IMG/VR virus record: IMGVR_UViG_3300045988_150173 | Coordinates: 1-36,248 of that record | Direction: 5' to 3' (one strand) | Length of the DNA: 36,248 nt | Origin: a virus | Part shown: positions 6,861 through 15,790 of the stretch, in pieces | How the letters are laid out: the number at the start of each line of letters is the position of its first letter | Position numbering within the stretch: the stretch's first letter is position 1 | The notes under the pieces: model-generated | The model's database searches: none | What the model saw: only the letters and a program-made list of their open reading frames with translations | What the model was told of the DNA's origin: nothing | Position numbers and translations under genes: made by a program

Positions 6861-9285
6861 CTTTAGAATTCTCCAGTGCTTCGACCCGCTGCCGCAGCTT
6901 TTCTAGCTCGCTGACCGGCACATAATTCTTCATGACTTGTGACAAATCATTTTGCACATTTGTCATGTTTTGCCGCATATTAGCTAAGTCCTTACTGGTA
7001 GCTGCGTTGGCAATTACCCGATCAGTACCGCCGGTGATAGTTTCTTGGACTTGGGCCACCTGGTTAACCAGTACCTTGACTTGCTGGAATTCCTTCAAGC
7101 CAACCTGGTTTTGCACCTGGTAGTCATCAAGCCCCATCTGCTTATCGCCAATGGTCAGCTGAGAATTGTACGGGTGAAGCAGGTCAACCTTCTTTTCAAC
7201 AATCCTCAGTAATTGTTCCTTTGCCACGTACGGGTTAATGAACATATAGCGGTCGCTCACCTTAAAGCTCTTGAAGTTCGGCATGTGCAGTTCAAGGGCA
7301 GTGACTGTCCACGACTGTGGAATCCGTTGAGCCGCTATCCATGCCTTAGCCTGCTTTAGCAACTCATTAGGGTCGTCAATGTCATCAAACGGCACCTTAC
7401 CTTCGATAATTCCGAACTCTTTTTGCAGGTCAGGAATGTCAATGTAGTCCTTACCTTCATTCACAGTGGCAATCGTGAGCTTAGGCCGGGGGCCGTTGTT
7501 GTTTTCTTGATAAGTCGTGTCTTCGGTAGGAGCAGAAGAGCCATCCCCACCGTTCTTGATGAGTTCCCGGACGTCCATCCAACCACCAGATGGGTCGAAC
7601 GAGTGACTGACGGCTTCCATGAAGTCCTTCTTAGTTACCCCGATATGGCAGTGGTCAAGATCCCGCCAGCCGATAACATCGCCGGTTTTAACCTTGTCAC
7701 CGATATTGACACGAATCTGGCCCGGACCAGAAAAGGCTTCCTGATAAACGATGTTAAAACCGTCAGCCGAATGGGTAACAACGTACCACTTTAAGCCACC
7801 CATATACCCCTTGTGGGTAACCGTGCCGCCATGCACAGCGTGAACGTCACGCCCTGGGTGGTCATAGGCTCCAAAGTCGACCCCATCGTGGTAACCATTG
7901 CCACGAAAAGCGCCAGTACCTGGTCCAAATGACTGCGCTAGTGAGAATGGCTTATTTCCGTCTTCAGGAGAGAACGGCCAACCCCAGCCGCCACCGCCGG
8001 AACCATTGTGACCACCCCAAGACTTGATAAAGCCGATACACTGCTGAATCGGGTGCCCGATATAGGCGTTCGGCCACGGGGTTGCGTTCGCAATGTCCCA
8101 AGTAGCAGCGGCTGTTCCTTGCAAGTAGACCCGGCCGATGGTTCCTTTGCCGAATTCCTGGTTCCATTTAGCAGCAAGTGCTGGGTTAGCCGGCATTGAT
8201 CCTTCATGCGCCCACCAGGCGGGTGAAATAGTGTTGGACTGTGACGTGTTTTTAATCCAGTCGCAGACGTATTGGGCGTCCTGGTAAGCGTCCCCGTGTC
8301 GACCTGTGTGGTTAAGCCAACCAAGTCCGCCAGATAGCATTTCGCACAGTTCATAAGCGAAAAACCACTCCGGGCTAACGCCGGCGTTCTTGATAGTGTC
8401 ATATAGTCGATTAACATCGACACCCCAAGCACGGGCCCGGTTTGACCTCGCCATGAAGTCTTGCTTCATCTTATTAATGTCACAACCCCAGGTGGCGTTA
8501 ATCGGTGATTTGCAAAATTCTTCCGGGCTTCCTAGCTGACCAGATGAATCATCGCCAGCAACATCAACCTTTTCTGGTTCCAAGGTCTTCCCAAGCGGAA
8601 TCACCCTTGTAATCACCTTAGTCGGGTCGATTGCCATTGTGGCGGCCTTCATATTCTTAGCCAGTTGAATTGGCGTATTGTCTTTATGATCCTCACCGAT
8701 GTCTTTTAGGTAATCGACATAGTGGGGGCCGTTCGGATTGTACTCAACTCGCAGATAACCACCAATTGAATCCAGTAGCTTTTCTTTGATAGCCTCACGG
8801 GTCTTAGGGTAGTCAATTTGACGGTAACCGTTGTCTTTGGGGTTATCCACATCAACCTTCCGCAGTTGCATTTGCTTATAGCCATCAACCTGGCCATTGT
8901 GGACCTCAATCAAGCTAAGCAGGAACTCCTTCGGTGTCTGGCCGACAAACTCACTAAACCGCTGTACGCTATCCATTAAGTAGGCTTCGATGTCCTCGAA
9001 AATATACTCACGAGTGAATTGACCACTGGTTTCCATTTCGTACTTGGGCTTAATCGCCCTTCCACGAAAAATCAATTTCTTGTCGTCGTACACTTCAACG
9101 TGAGTGTGCATTGGACGAACATGATCAAAGAGAGGATTACCCTGATTAACCTTCAGAGTCAAATCATCGATGTCCGACTCTTTCAAAGTTAATTCGCCAG
9201 AGACGACTTGACGATCAACTCGTGGGTCATAGACAACAAAACCACCCTTATCCGTCGGTTCGTTGTAACCAATAATGCGATACAT
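6838..9285 (-). CDS. Tail-associated lysin (Tal): prophage-tail endopeptidase N-domain plus peptidase M23 domain
   Basis: About 815 aa. The N-terminus (MYRIIGYNEP...HVEVYDDKKLIFRGRAI) is typical of Tal. The M23 signatures HDGVDF (HxxxD) and HCHIGV (HxH) are present. The ATG at 9285 follows a GAGGAG RBS and overlaps the Dit stop. Confidence 0.85.
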   Translation of the reverse strand: MYRIIGYNEPTDKGGFVVYDPRVDRQVVSGELTLKESDIDDLTLKVNQGNPLFDHVRPMHTHVEVYDDKKLIFRGRAIKPKYEMETSGQFTREYIFEDIEAYLMDSVQRFSEFVGQTPKEFLLSLIEVHNGQVDGYKQMQLRKVDVDNPKDNGYRQIDYPKTREAIKEKLLDSIGGYLRVEYNPNGPHYVDYLKDIGEDHKDNTPIQLAKNMKAATMAIDPTKVITRVIPLGKTLEPEKVDVAGDDSSGQLGSPEEFCKSPINATWGCDINKMKQDFMARSNRARAWGVDVNRLYDTIKNAGVSPEWFFAYELCEMLSGGLGWLNHTGRHGDAYQDAQYVCDWIKNTSQSNTISPAWWAHEGSMPANPALAAKWNQEFGKGTIGRVYLQGTAAATWDIANATPWPNAYIGHPIQQCIGFIKSWGGHNGSGGGGWGWPFSPEDGNKPFSLAQSFGPGTGAFRGNGYHDGVDFGAYDHPGRDVHAVHGGTVTHKGYMGGLKWYVVTHSADGFNIVYQEAFSGPGQIRVNIGDKVKTGDVIGWRDLDHCHIGVTKKDFMEAVSHSFDPSGGWMDVRELIKNGGDGSSAPTEDTTYQENNNGPRPKLTIATVNEGKDYIDIPDLQKEFGIIEGKVPFDDIDDPNELLKQAKAWIAAQRIPQSWTVTALELHMPNFKSFKVSDRYMFINPYVAKEQLLRIVEKKVDLLHPYNSQLTIGDKQMGLDDYQVQNQVGLKEFQQVKVLVNQVAQVQETITGGTDRVIANAATSKDLANMRQNMTNVQNDLSQVMKNYVPVSELEKLRQRVEALENSKGGDDSAS

Positions 9286-10091
9286 CAAATCATCTCCTCT
9301 CGCTTAAACTTGAAAGTAATCGTTCCATTGCCCGACAAATGAATCTTATTATCACCAACGTCAAGCACAATCTGGGTAGACCGGAAGTTATCCTTATTCA
9401 GATTAACAGTCCCTAGTGCGGCACTCTTTAAGGTGACTGCACCGGTTAGGTCAAACCCGCAGGTAATAAACCGGGACCCGATATTTTGAACGTTGACATC
9501 CAAGTCCCCCGCTACAGTGAACTTCACCGGCTGAAAAATCCAATGGTCGAAGTTTACATCATCCCAGATGTCAGTCCCTTCTTCGTTCTCAGTGATAGCG
9601 TACGGGTAAGCCGTAAAGGTCACCGTTGCTGTTAAGGTGCTGGCGTCAGCACTATCTTCAACAGTGACTTCACTACACTTGGCTCGCCAAACATAGCCTG
9701 GCATGTGGGTATCGGTCAGGCTCTGATAACCTTGCGGAATTAGTTCCCGTTTGATTTCATGTTCGGCCCCTGACCGATAGCGATAGTCGCCATCAAAGAC
9801 AATGAACTTGTAGGTCAGTGTCCGCACCTCAAAATAGCGCTGGTTATCCAGCATGGAAAAGTCATACTCGCCCTGCTGATATGGGACGGAGTCGGTGATA
9901 GTTTTTTCCTTCGGTGTCGGGGCTTCCCGTTCTAGCAGCCACAGCCCAGACTTAGCAGAATCAAAGCTGCCGAACTTGATCCCTTCACGCTCTAGCAAAT
10001 CCTGGACATCTTCATCGGTGATTGTTAAGTCCCGGAATGGAAAGTCAGGATCCGTCGGGTGGTGGAACTGGCTGAATGTTTTATCTTCCAA
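9285..10091 (-). CDS. Distal tail protein (Dit)
   Basis: 268 aa, located between the tape measure and Tal. The TTG start follows the TMP stop directly, with an AGGTGG RBS. Confidence 0.7.
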   Translation of the reverse strand: MEDKTFSQFHHPTDPDFPFRDLTITDEDVQDLLEREGIKFGSFDSAKSGLWLLEREAPTPKEKTITDSVPYQQGEYDFSMLDNQRYFEVRTLTYKFIVFDGDYRYRSGAEHEIKRELIPQGYQSLTDTHMPGYVWRAKCSEVTVEDSADASTLTATVTFTAYPYAITENEEGTDIWDDVNFDHWIFQPVKFTVAGDLDVNVQNIGSRFITCGFDLTGAVTLKSAALGTVNLNKDNFRSTQIVLDVGDNKIHLSGNGTITFKFKREEMI

Positions 10092-12794
10092 TTATGACCA
10101 CCTGCCTTTCAAGCTGACACCCTGACCTAAGTCTTGGCTGACCGTTGGTGCAACAATGTGACCAACAGGAGTTCCGTCCATATAGACGTCACCAGACTTG
10201 TTAACCAACTGCCTTAACAACTGGTTGTTCTGCATCTGCAAGGTACTGTCCTGCATGGTTAGCGTACCGTTATAGTTGCCACTGACTGAACCGTTTAGTC
10301 GACTCAGTGAATCTTGGAAACCGGCTGGGCTAAGACTAGGGCTGACCATCGCAGCTTTCGACATAGCAGTCACGGCCTGTTTTACTATTCGGATTTCATC
10401 GGTTATACCGATGGCGAAACCTTCAGTAAACCAGTTCCCGTACTGCATCATAACCCGTGATGGTGAACCAATCTTGAAGAATGACTTAGCTGTATCAACG
10501 GCTTTTCGACCAAGGCTCATAACTGCACTAACTGCAGCACCAATCATACCGGTGACCCCTTTGATAAAGCCGTTAACAAAGTCTCGACCAACGCTGACCA
10601 TCGTGGAAGCAATATTAGCAACGGCGTTCTTACATGCGTTGATACCATTTGAAGTAACGGCCTTAGCGGCATTCCAGCCGTTAGAGAACACGCTCTTAAT
10701 CCCATCCATCACAGATGAAATAACGCTCTTAACGGCGTTTATGCCAGTGGAAACAACACTTTGAATGCCGCTCCAGATGGCTGAAGCAACACCCATGATG
10801 GCATTCCAAGCGCCGGACCAGTCACCTTGAATGGCCGCAGTTACTGCTTGGATAATACCAGCAACGGTGTTAATCGCCGTCGATACCACCGTGACAATAA
10901 TGGTCCAGACTGCTGAAATTACCGTGACTAGCACTTGCCAAACAGTTGTGGCAACGGTAACTACGTTCTGCCAGACAGTCGACATAATTGTCACAAAGTT
11001 TTGCCACATCGCGACAATCACAGTCCAGACACCTTGAATGACGGTGACAAGGGTTTGCCAAATTGGCGTTGCCACAGCGACAATGCCTTGCCATAGAGCA
11101 CTGAAGAAGGCACTTAGTCCCTGCCAGATTCCCTTAATGGCAACTACGATTGCACCAATAACAACTACCAGTGCTTGCCAGATAGGGGTTGCAATGGCGA
11201 CAATTCCTTGCCACAAGGTACTGAAGAAGTCAGATAACGCACTCCATAAGTTCTTGAAGGCCTCAACAATCGGTTGAATGCTACTGATAAAGCCGTTCCA
11301 GGCACCAACGGCAACTCCCTTGATGGTATTCCACAGATTACTGAAGAATTCGCCAATTGGTTGCCAGACGGCCTTGATTTTCTCCACAGCGCCTGTCACA
11401 AAATCAGCAATCGCATTCCACACTGTAGAAGCGACGCTCTTTAGCGTTTCCCATGCACTCGATAGAAAAGAAACAAAGCCCTGCCATAGCCTTTGCCCCG
11501 TTTTAGTCTTGGCAAAGAAGAATGTAAGTGCGGCGACAACTGCTATAATAGCAGCCGCAATTAGAACATAGGGATTGGCCGCTGCTACCGCATTAAAAGC
11601 TGCTTGCGCAGCCGCCGCTACTTTTGACACTTTCGCTAGTGTACTCATAGCTTCTGAAAAAGCCATAGCCAAGTTACCAGCCTTAGCAATTACGCTTAAA
11701 GCCACGAATGCTGAACGAAGCCTCATAACAATGGCAATTACACCATTAATCGACTTAAACGCTCCTATGAAGCCAAGTACGCCAATAGCAGCACCTTGGA
11801 AAATCTTGTTATTGAGTGCTGAACTCACCATCTTAGCAAAATTCAGAATAACCGTAGTAGCTCCAGCGACAACTGGACCAATAGCAGTAAAAGCAGCGTT
11901 AATACCGTTCTTCATACTATCCAAAGTGGAGGCAATTGAACCAAAGCCGGCATTCTTGAACCCTTGGTCAATATACGTCAGCATATTAGCCAAGTTCTTG
12001 ATAACCGAGTTCTTCAAGTTTGCAAACGACGTCCCGATTCCGGCACTGTTCTTCTTAGCAAGTGCCGCAAATCCATTAGACCCACCATTCAATTTAATGA
12101 AGGCGTCATTCAACTGGTCAACTGAAATTTTACCTTTTTTCAAGGCATTGTACAGGTCCATTTCAGCTGACTTGCCAGTGAACCCAAACGACTTCGCTAC
12201 TTTCCGTAAAGCGGTCGGCATGGTTTCCATCAGCGTCCGCCACGACATCAAATCGACCTTACCAGTGGACATCATTTGTGTGTACTGCTGAAGCCCACGA
12301 GAAGCGTCGGCATAGCTTGCACCAGAAGCTAGAAAGGCGTTGTTCAGTGCCACTGCCGACTTAGCCGCCTTGGTTGCATTACCAGTCAGAGGCCCCAACT
12401 GTTGAGCCGAAGCGGTGATTTCATCAAGTGAAGTGGGCAAACCATCAATTCCTTTTTGTAGGATCTTAGATGACTTGGTTATATCACCCATTGAGTAGTC
12501 TAAGGCGCGCATAACCACTGGGTACTTATTCAAGGTATCAAACCGAGAAATTGCTCCACCCATGGAGTTCTTCACAACGTCCCAGGCCTTGCTGGCAATC
12601 TGAACAGCCCCCATTCCGGCTGCAACACCTTTAAAGGTGCCCATCATGGACCCACCGGCGGACCTAACGCCACCAGCAGTGTTATTAGTTGACTCTCCCA
12701 GTTTATAGACGGTGTTCAGTGCTTGATTCATCGTTGACGAGAACGACTTATCGACAGCACTTAAAACGGCTTCTAGACTAAATTCTTGTGCCAC
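10092..12794 (-). CDS. Tape measure protein
   Basis: 900 aa, immediately after the tail chaperone pair. It has a hydrophobic middle region and tandem W-containing repeats (LWQGIVAIATPIWQ / LWQGIVAVATPIWQ / VWTVIVAMWQN...). The start is GTG, after a GGAAAGGAGGTGG RBS. Confidence 0.9.
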   Translation of the reverse strand: MAQEFSLEAVLSAVDKSFSSTMNQALNTVYKLGESTNNTAGGVRSAGGSMMGTFKGVAAGMGAVQIASKAWDVVKNSMGGAISRFDTLNKYPVVMRALDYSMGDITKSSKILQKGIDGLPTSLDEITASAQQLGPLTGNATKAAKSAVALNNAFLASGASYADASRGLQQYTQMMSTGKVDLMSWRTLMETMPTALRKVAKSFGFTGKSAEMDLYNALKKGKISVDQLNDAFIKLNGGSNGFAALAKKNSAGIGTSFANLKNSVIKNLANMLTYIDQGFKNAGFGSIASTLDSMKNGINAAFTAIGPVVAGATTVILNFAKMVSSALNNKIFQGAAIGVLGFIGAFKSINGVIAIVMRLRSAFVALSVIAKAGNLAMAFSEAMSTLAKVSKVAAAAQAAFNAVAAANPYVLIAAAIIAVVAALTFFFAKTKTGQRLWQGFVSFLSSAWETLKSVASTVWNAIADFVTGAVEKIKAVWQPIGEFFSNLWNTIKGVAVGAWNGFISSIQPIVEAFKNLWSALSDFFSTLWQGIVAIATPIWQALVVVIGAIVVAIKGIWQGLSAFFSALWQGIVAVATPIWQTLVTVIQGVWTVIVAMWQNFVTIMSTVWQNVVTVATTVWQVLVTVISAVWTIIVTVVSTAINTVAGIIQAVTAAIQGDWSGAWNAIMGVASAIWSGIQSVVSTGINAVKSVISSVMDGIKSVFSNGWNAAKAVTSNGINACKNAVANIASTMVSVGRDFVNGFIKGVTGMIGAAVSAVMSLGRKAVDTAKSFFKIGSPSRVMMQYGNWFTEGFAIGITDEIRIVKQAVTAMSKAAMVSPSLSPAGFQDSLSRLNGSVSGNYNGTLTMQDSTLQMQNNQLLRQLVNKSGDVYMDGTPVGHIVAPTVSQDLGQGVSLKGRWS

Positions 12795-13264
12795 TACTTG
12801 CCACCTCCTTTCCGACGTTTTTTTAGTTCATCTAGCTTACCACTTGCTTTTAAGCGCTGGTAAAGCTGGATATTGGCATTAAAGCTGTCGTATGCCTTTG
12901 CTTTCTGTTCATGTTCTCTGGTTCGCTTCGATACCTGGTAACCGGGTTCATAAGCACTCCGTAGCTGGTCCTCAAAGTAGGGACGGTTATAGAACTTCGA
13001 GAAAGACGTGTAGACAGGCTTGGGGTTCTTCTTTCCTTTTGTTGCCTGAACCTGCTGATTTAGCCATGCTTGGAGAGCGATGTCTTCCTCAAACTGGATT
13101 CTGTGAAGCTGATACGCTTCTAACCGTAAGTAGTACTCATCTAGCGTCAGCGCTTCAACTTCTTTTAGGTCATGGAAGCCCAGATAAGCTAAGCAGTTTA
13201 AAAGGATCCCGCGATAGGTAGTCGCAGAATCCTGCTCAACTTGATCTAGGCCTTCATGTTTTTT
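12794..13264 (-). CDS. Tail assembly chaperone -1 frameshift extension (gpT-like part of gpGT)
   Basis: The -1 frame is open from the slip site to TAG at 12796-12794, about 154 codons (KKHEGLDQVEQDSATTYRGILLNCLAYLGF...ELKKRRKGGGK). It has no start codon of its own near its 5' end. The stop overlaps the TMP GTG start. Confidence 0.75.
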   Translation of the reverse strand, partial: KKHEGLDQVEQDSATTYRGILLNCLAYLGFHDLKEVEALTLDEYYLRLEAYQLHRIQFEEDIALQAWLNQQVQATKGKKNPKPVYTSFSKFYNRPYFEDQLRSAYEPGYQVSKRTREHEQKAKAYDSFNANIQLYQRLKASGKLDELKKRRKGGGK

Positions 13265-13596
13265 GATGTCAGCTGGACCTGTGCTGACTTCAGCATTTCG
13301 GCCTTCACGGAATCGAAAACCTTGTTCAGCTTAGCCGGTGTCAAACCGTCCAAGTAGTCGTCAATTGCGGCTTGTCCCGGACGTGGTGAATTACCATAAG
13401 CTGCCGCATAGATGATGATAGCCAACATACCAGCGTTGTTGGACCCGATCCCCGTCAAAACCTGGGTCAGCCCCAGACCAAAATTAATCTGAGGGCCACC
13501 TTGCTGAGTGATGACCGGCATCGCCTTATCCAGCTCACGAATGAAGCGAACTCCAAAGTGCAGCTCCAATTTCTTATCACCAAAAGTTAATTCCAT
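13246..13596 (-). CDS. Tail assembly chaperone (gpG-like)
   Basis: 116 aa, between the major tail protein and TMP. It ends 12 nt after an A AAA AAC slippery heptamer. Confidence 0.8.
   Translation of the reverse strand: MELTFGDKKLELHFGVRFIRELDKAMPVITQQGGPQINFGLGLTQVLTGIGSNNAGMLAIIIYAAAYGNSPRPGQAAIDDYLDGLTPAKLNKVFDSVKAEMLKSAQVQLTSKNMKA
13258..13264 (-). promoter_or_regulatory. Slippery heptamer A AAA AAC for the tail-chaperone -1 frameshift
   Basis: The minus strand reads tcA AAA AAC atg in the gpG zero frame. This is a canonical X XXY YYZ site. Confidence 0.75.
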
Positions 13597-13612
13597 GATT
13601 TATACCTCCACT

Positions 13613-14215
13613 TTATTGATTCTTGCTTACCAGTTCACCGGTCCCGGTGTCTGCACTAGTCCAGGCAGTACCATCACCAGTTGCGTCATCGCTAGTAATT
13701 GCGGCCAAACCACGGAAACCGAAGTCGATTTCTTCTTCCATTTCCTTGGTCAGCGTTACCCAACCGCGCTTTGGCGCCCCAGTAGCGTTAAAGGTAATTT
13801 CACGGGTTGAAGCATCATCGGCGTCGTTAGAACCGCTATCTTCGGTTACATACCCGCGAATGTACCAACCAAAGTATTTGCCTGCAGTATTCTTGCGGCG
13901 GCGATTAATCATCCAGATTTCGACTTGCTCACCGTTCAAAATAGCAGTGGCGATTGCATCGGAGACATAGCTAATCGAATCAATAAATTCATTGGTTAGT
14001 TCTGTTTCCAGACCAGCAGGAACAGCGATGGAGCCGTCCTTAGTAGCGGTACTATCAGCGTCACGACTCATGTCAAAGTCGAAACTCGTTTGGTGGGGAA
14101 TCAATTGTGCTGCTTTCGTATGATCTTCCGACAGCAAACGGAAAAAACCGATATTGTCAATTCCCATGATGGCGTCCTTTGACTTCTTCATCTGAGTTGT
14201 AGTCTGTTCAGGCAT
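13613..14215 (-). CDS. Major tail protein
   Basis: 200 aa, upstream of the chaperone pair and downstream of the tail terminator. Size and position are typical. Confidence 0.75.
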   Translation of the reverse strand: MPEQTTTQMKKSKDAIMGIDNIGFFRLLSEDHTKAAQLIPHQTSFDFDMSRDADSTATKDGSIAVPAGLETELTNEFIDSISYVSDAIATAILNGEQVEIWMINRRRKNTAGKYFGWYIRGYVTEDSGSNDADDASTREITFNATGAPKRGWVTLTKEMEEEIDFGFRGLAAITSDDATGDGTAWTSADTGTGELVSKNQ

Positions 14216-14231
14216 CTATATCATTCCTTTC

Positions 14232-14627
14232 TTATCGTAAAATAAAAGCGATTGTGATTACGCCGTGCCATAGTAGCGTATTCGCAATGGAATCATCAAT
14301 CATCATCTGATTATCGATTAAACCTGGTTTCCCTGAAAAAAAGTAGTGTTCTGTTTGGAAGGCTGGATTGTAAGTCAAACTCGTAATTCGTTCTTTCATC
14401 TGGTCAACGACTTGCTGCTGGTGACGACTGCCCCAGACGTGAACCGTGATGTAGCACGTCTCACCAACAGACGTCTTCGTTATGCTAGGTGTAGACTGCT
14501 GTCCCCCCACAATAACGAATGGGTACTTAGCATTCTCACTATCCAGCGGCAAATGGTCCCAGGTATCAAAACCCCAGCCCTCGCACTTATCGGCAATGTA
14601 GTTATATAGCTCATTTAAAGCGCTCAT
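14232..14627 (-). CDS. Tail terminator / tail completion protein (DUF3168-like)
   Basis: 131 aa. The pattern YPFVIVGGQQSTP...TKTS..ETCYITVHVWGSRH matches my recollection of the DUF3168 family. Confidence 0.55.
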   Translation of the reverse strand: MSALNELYNYIADKCEGWGFDTWDHLPLDSENAKYPFVIVGGQQSTPSITKTSVGETCYITVHVWGSRHQQQVVDQMKERITSLTYNPAFQTEHYFFSGKPGLIDNQMMIDDSIANTLLWHGVITIAFILR

Positions 14628-14995
14628 CTGAACACCTTCTTCAAATCGCGAGTAAAGATTGCAGACTGGGCAAGGAAAGCTGGACGAACTGTCGGACGTG
14701 GCGACATGAACCGCGTTCCGTACTCCAGATAAGGAGCATAGTCGGTATGTGGCCCAACAGAAACAGAAAAACCAGCGTTGGCGTAGTTTTCAGTCACACT
14801 GCCCTTAGTCCGCCCAGTGGGGTGTTGGTAGGTAGCCTGCATATTCTTCCGCATCTTGCTAGCCATCTGGGAGCCGTTCTTCTTCACGATTTCCATTACA
14901 GCAATCTTCATTTCGGGGGTCTCAGCTTTCAGCTTTGCTTCCAGCTGAGTTAGCCCCTTAAATTCGATGTTCATTCCACTAGCCAATGTCCTCAC
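14624..14995 (-). CDS. HK97 gp10-like tail-component protein
   Basis: The ...TGRTKGSV...GPHTDYAPYLEYGT motif is typical of the HK97_gp10 family. The probable true start is ATG 14974 (MNIEFKGL). Confidence 0.6.
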   Translation of the reverse strand: MRTLASGMNIEFKGLTQLEAKLKAETPEMKIAVMEIVKKNGSQMASKMRKNMQATYQHPTGRTKGSVTENYANAGFSVSVGPHTDYAPYLEYGTRFMSPRPTVRPAFLAQSAIFTRDLKKVFR

Positions 14996-15263
14996 CTACA
15001 ATCATCGTGTTTCCCTTGAGTGGGCGCCGTCCAGTCGTCAGTCGGTAATGCTTATCACCATCATCAATGGTTAAATAGCTAAAACTAACTTCGACTGGAT
15101 GTAGTGTCCGCACTACTAACGACCGCTGGTTAATGTTTCCCAGCACGTTAGCAGAACGGTCAACTCCTACATCAGTGACGTTTGCCATGTCCTCAGCTAC
15201 TAGCTTGATGTCACCGCTGCGGTGGCCTTCCTGGTAGAGCTTCACTACGCTATCCATTCGCAT
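14979..15263 (-). CDS. Head closure / head-tail adaptor protein
   Basis: 94 aa from ATG 15263 (MRMDSVVKLYQEG...), overlapping the upstream stop. The call rests on position and size. Confidence 0.45.
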   Translation of the reverse strand: MRMDSVVKLYQEGHRSGDIKLVAEDMANVTDVGVDRSANVLGNINQRSLVVRTLHPVEVSFSYLTIDDGDKHYRLTTGRRPLKGNTMIVGEDIG

Positions 15264-15630
15264 GGCTATCACCTGCGTATGGATTGATGAACTGAGCCTT
15301 CCCCAAGGACTTAATCTCCCGTTTCTTTCGCCATTCAGCGATGTCATCGAGGAAACTGTCGAAGTCCGTGTTATCAAAGGTAATGGATTCGCCCTCTTGA
15401 GAGTACGAAGACATGCCTTCATTCTTCAAGCGGTTATACCGCTTCACACAGACTTCCAGGGGGATGTAGTTCAATTCACTTGGAAATTCTTCTTCAGTAG
15501 TCAGGCCTAGCTTGAACCGGGCTTGGGAAACTGTATTTTTGATAATCAAATCTAAAACACTATCCATCTTATCGGTGGACAGCTGCAACATGGTTTTTAA
15601 ATCTTTTTTATTAACGGGTTGGTCCTCCAT
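15250..15630 (-). CDS. Head-tail connector protein (gp6/gp15-like)
   Basis: 126 aa, the first gene after the capsid region. An AAGGGGG RBS is present. The N-terminal helical region is typical of phage gp6-like connectors. Confidence 0.55.
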   Translation of the reverse strand: MEDQPVNKKDLKTMLQLSTDKMDSVLDLIIKNTVSQARFKLGLTTEEEFPSELNYIPLEVCVKRYNRLKNEGMSSYSQEGESITFDNTDFDSFLDDIAEWRKKREIKSLGKAQFINPYAGDSHANG

Positions 15631-15643
15631 TTTGGAACCCCCT

Positions 15644-15790
15644 TTACTTTACTAATGCCAGTAATTCGTCCTTAGTGGCACTGGCAGTGTAGCTAATGCC
15701 GTGTTTATCAAGGTAAGCCTTGATTTCAACTATGGTATTAGCAGACGTTGGTTTAACGTCAGTGTCGCCTGCTGACGAATTTATTTTCCC
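15644..15790 (-). CDS. Putative -1 frameshift C-terminal extension of the major capsid protein (46 aa, HeH/SAP/Rho-N-like)
   Basis: The -1 frame reads INSSAGDTDVKPTSANTIVEIKAYLDKHGISYTASATKDELLALVK*. It contains no ATG, GTG or TTG between the upstream in-frame stop (15883-15881) and its own stop (15646-15644). Confidence 0.55.
   Translation of the reverse strand, partial: GKINSSAGDTDVKPTSANTIVEIKAYLDKHGISYTASATKDELLALVK

Noticed and set aside
11575-12291. Long plus-strand ORFs antisense to the structural and replication genes. Examples: 238 aa at 11575-12291, 162 aa at 10276-10764, 142 aa at 5901-6329, 109 aa at 12892-13221, 121 aa at 28539-28904 and 126 aa at 30077-30457.
   Set aside because: They are shadow ORFs lying entirely inside well-supported minus-strand genes (TMP, BppU, chaperone extension, helicase). 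They lack RBSs, and their low-complexity compositions mirror the sense-strand codon bias.
15781-15783. Stop-codon readthrough of the capsid TAA as the route to the downstream HeH-like ORF
   Set aside because: I re-derived the frames base by base. The zero frame after the TAA reads IRQQATLTLNQRLLIP* and does not encode the HeH-like peptide. Only the -1 frame does.
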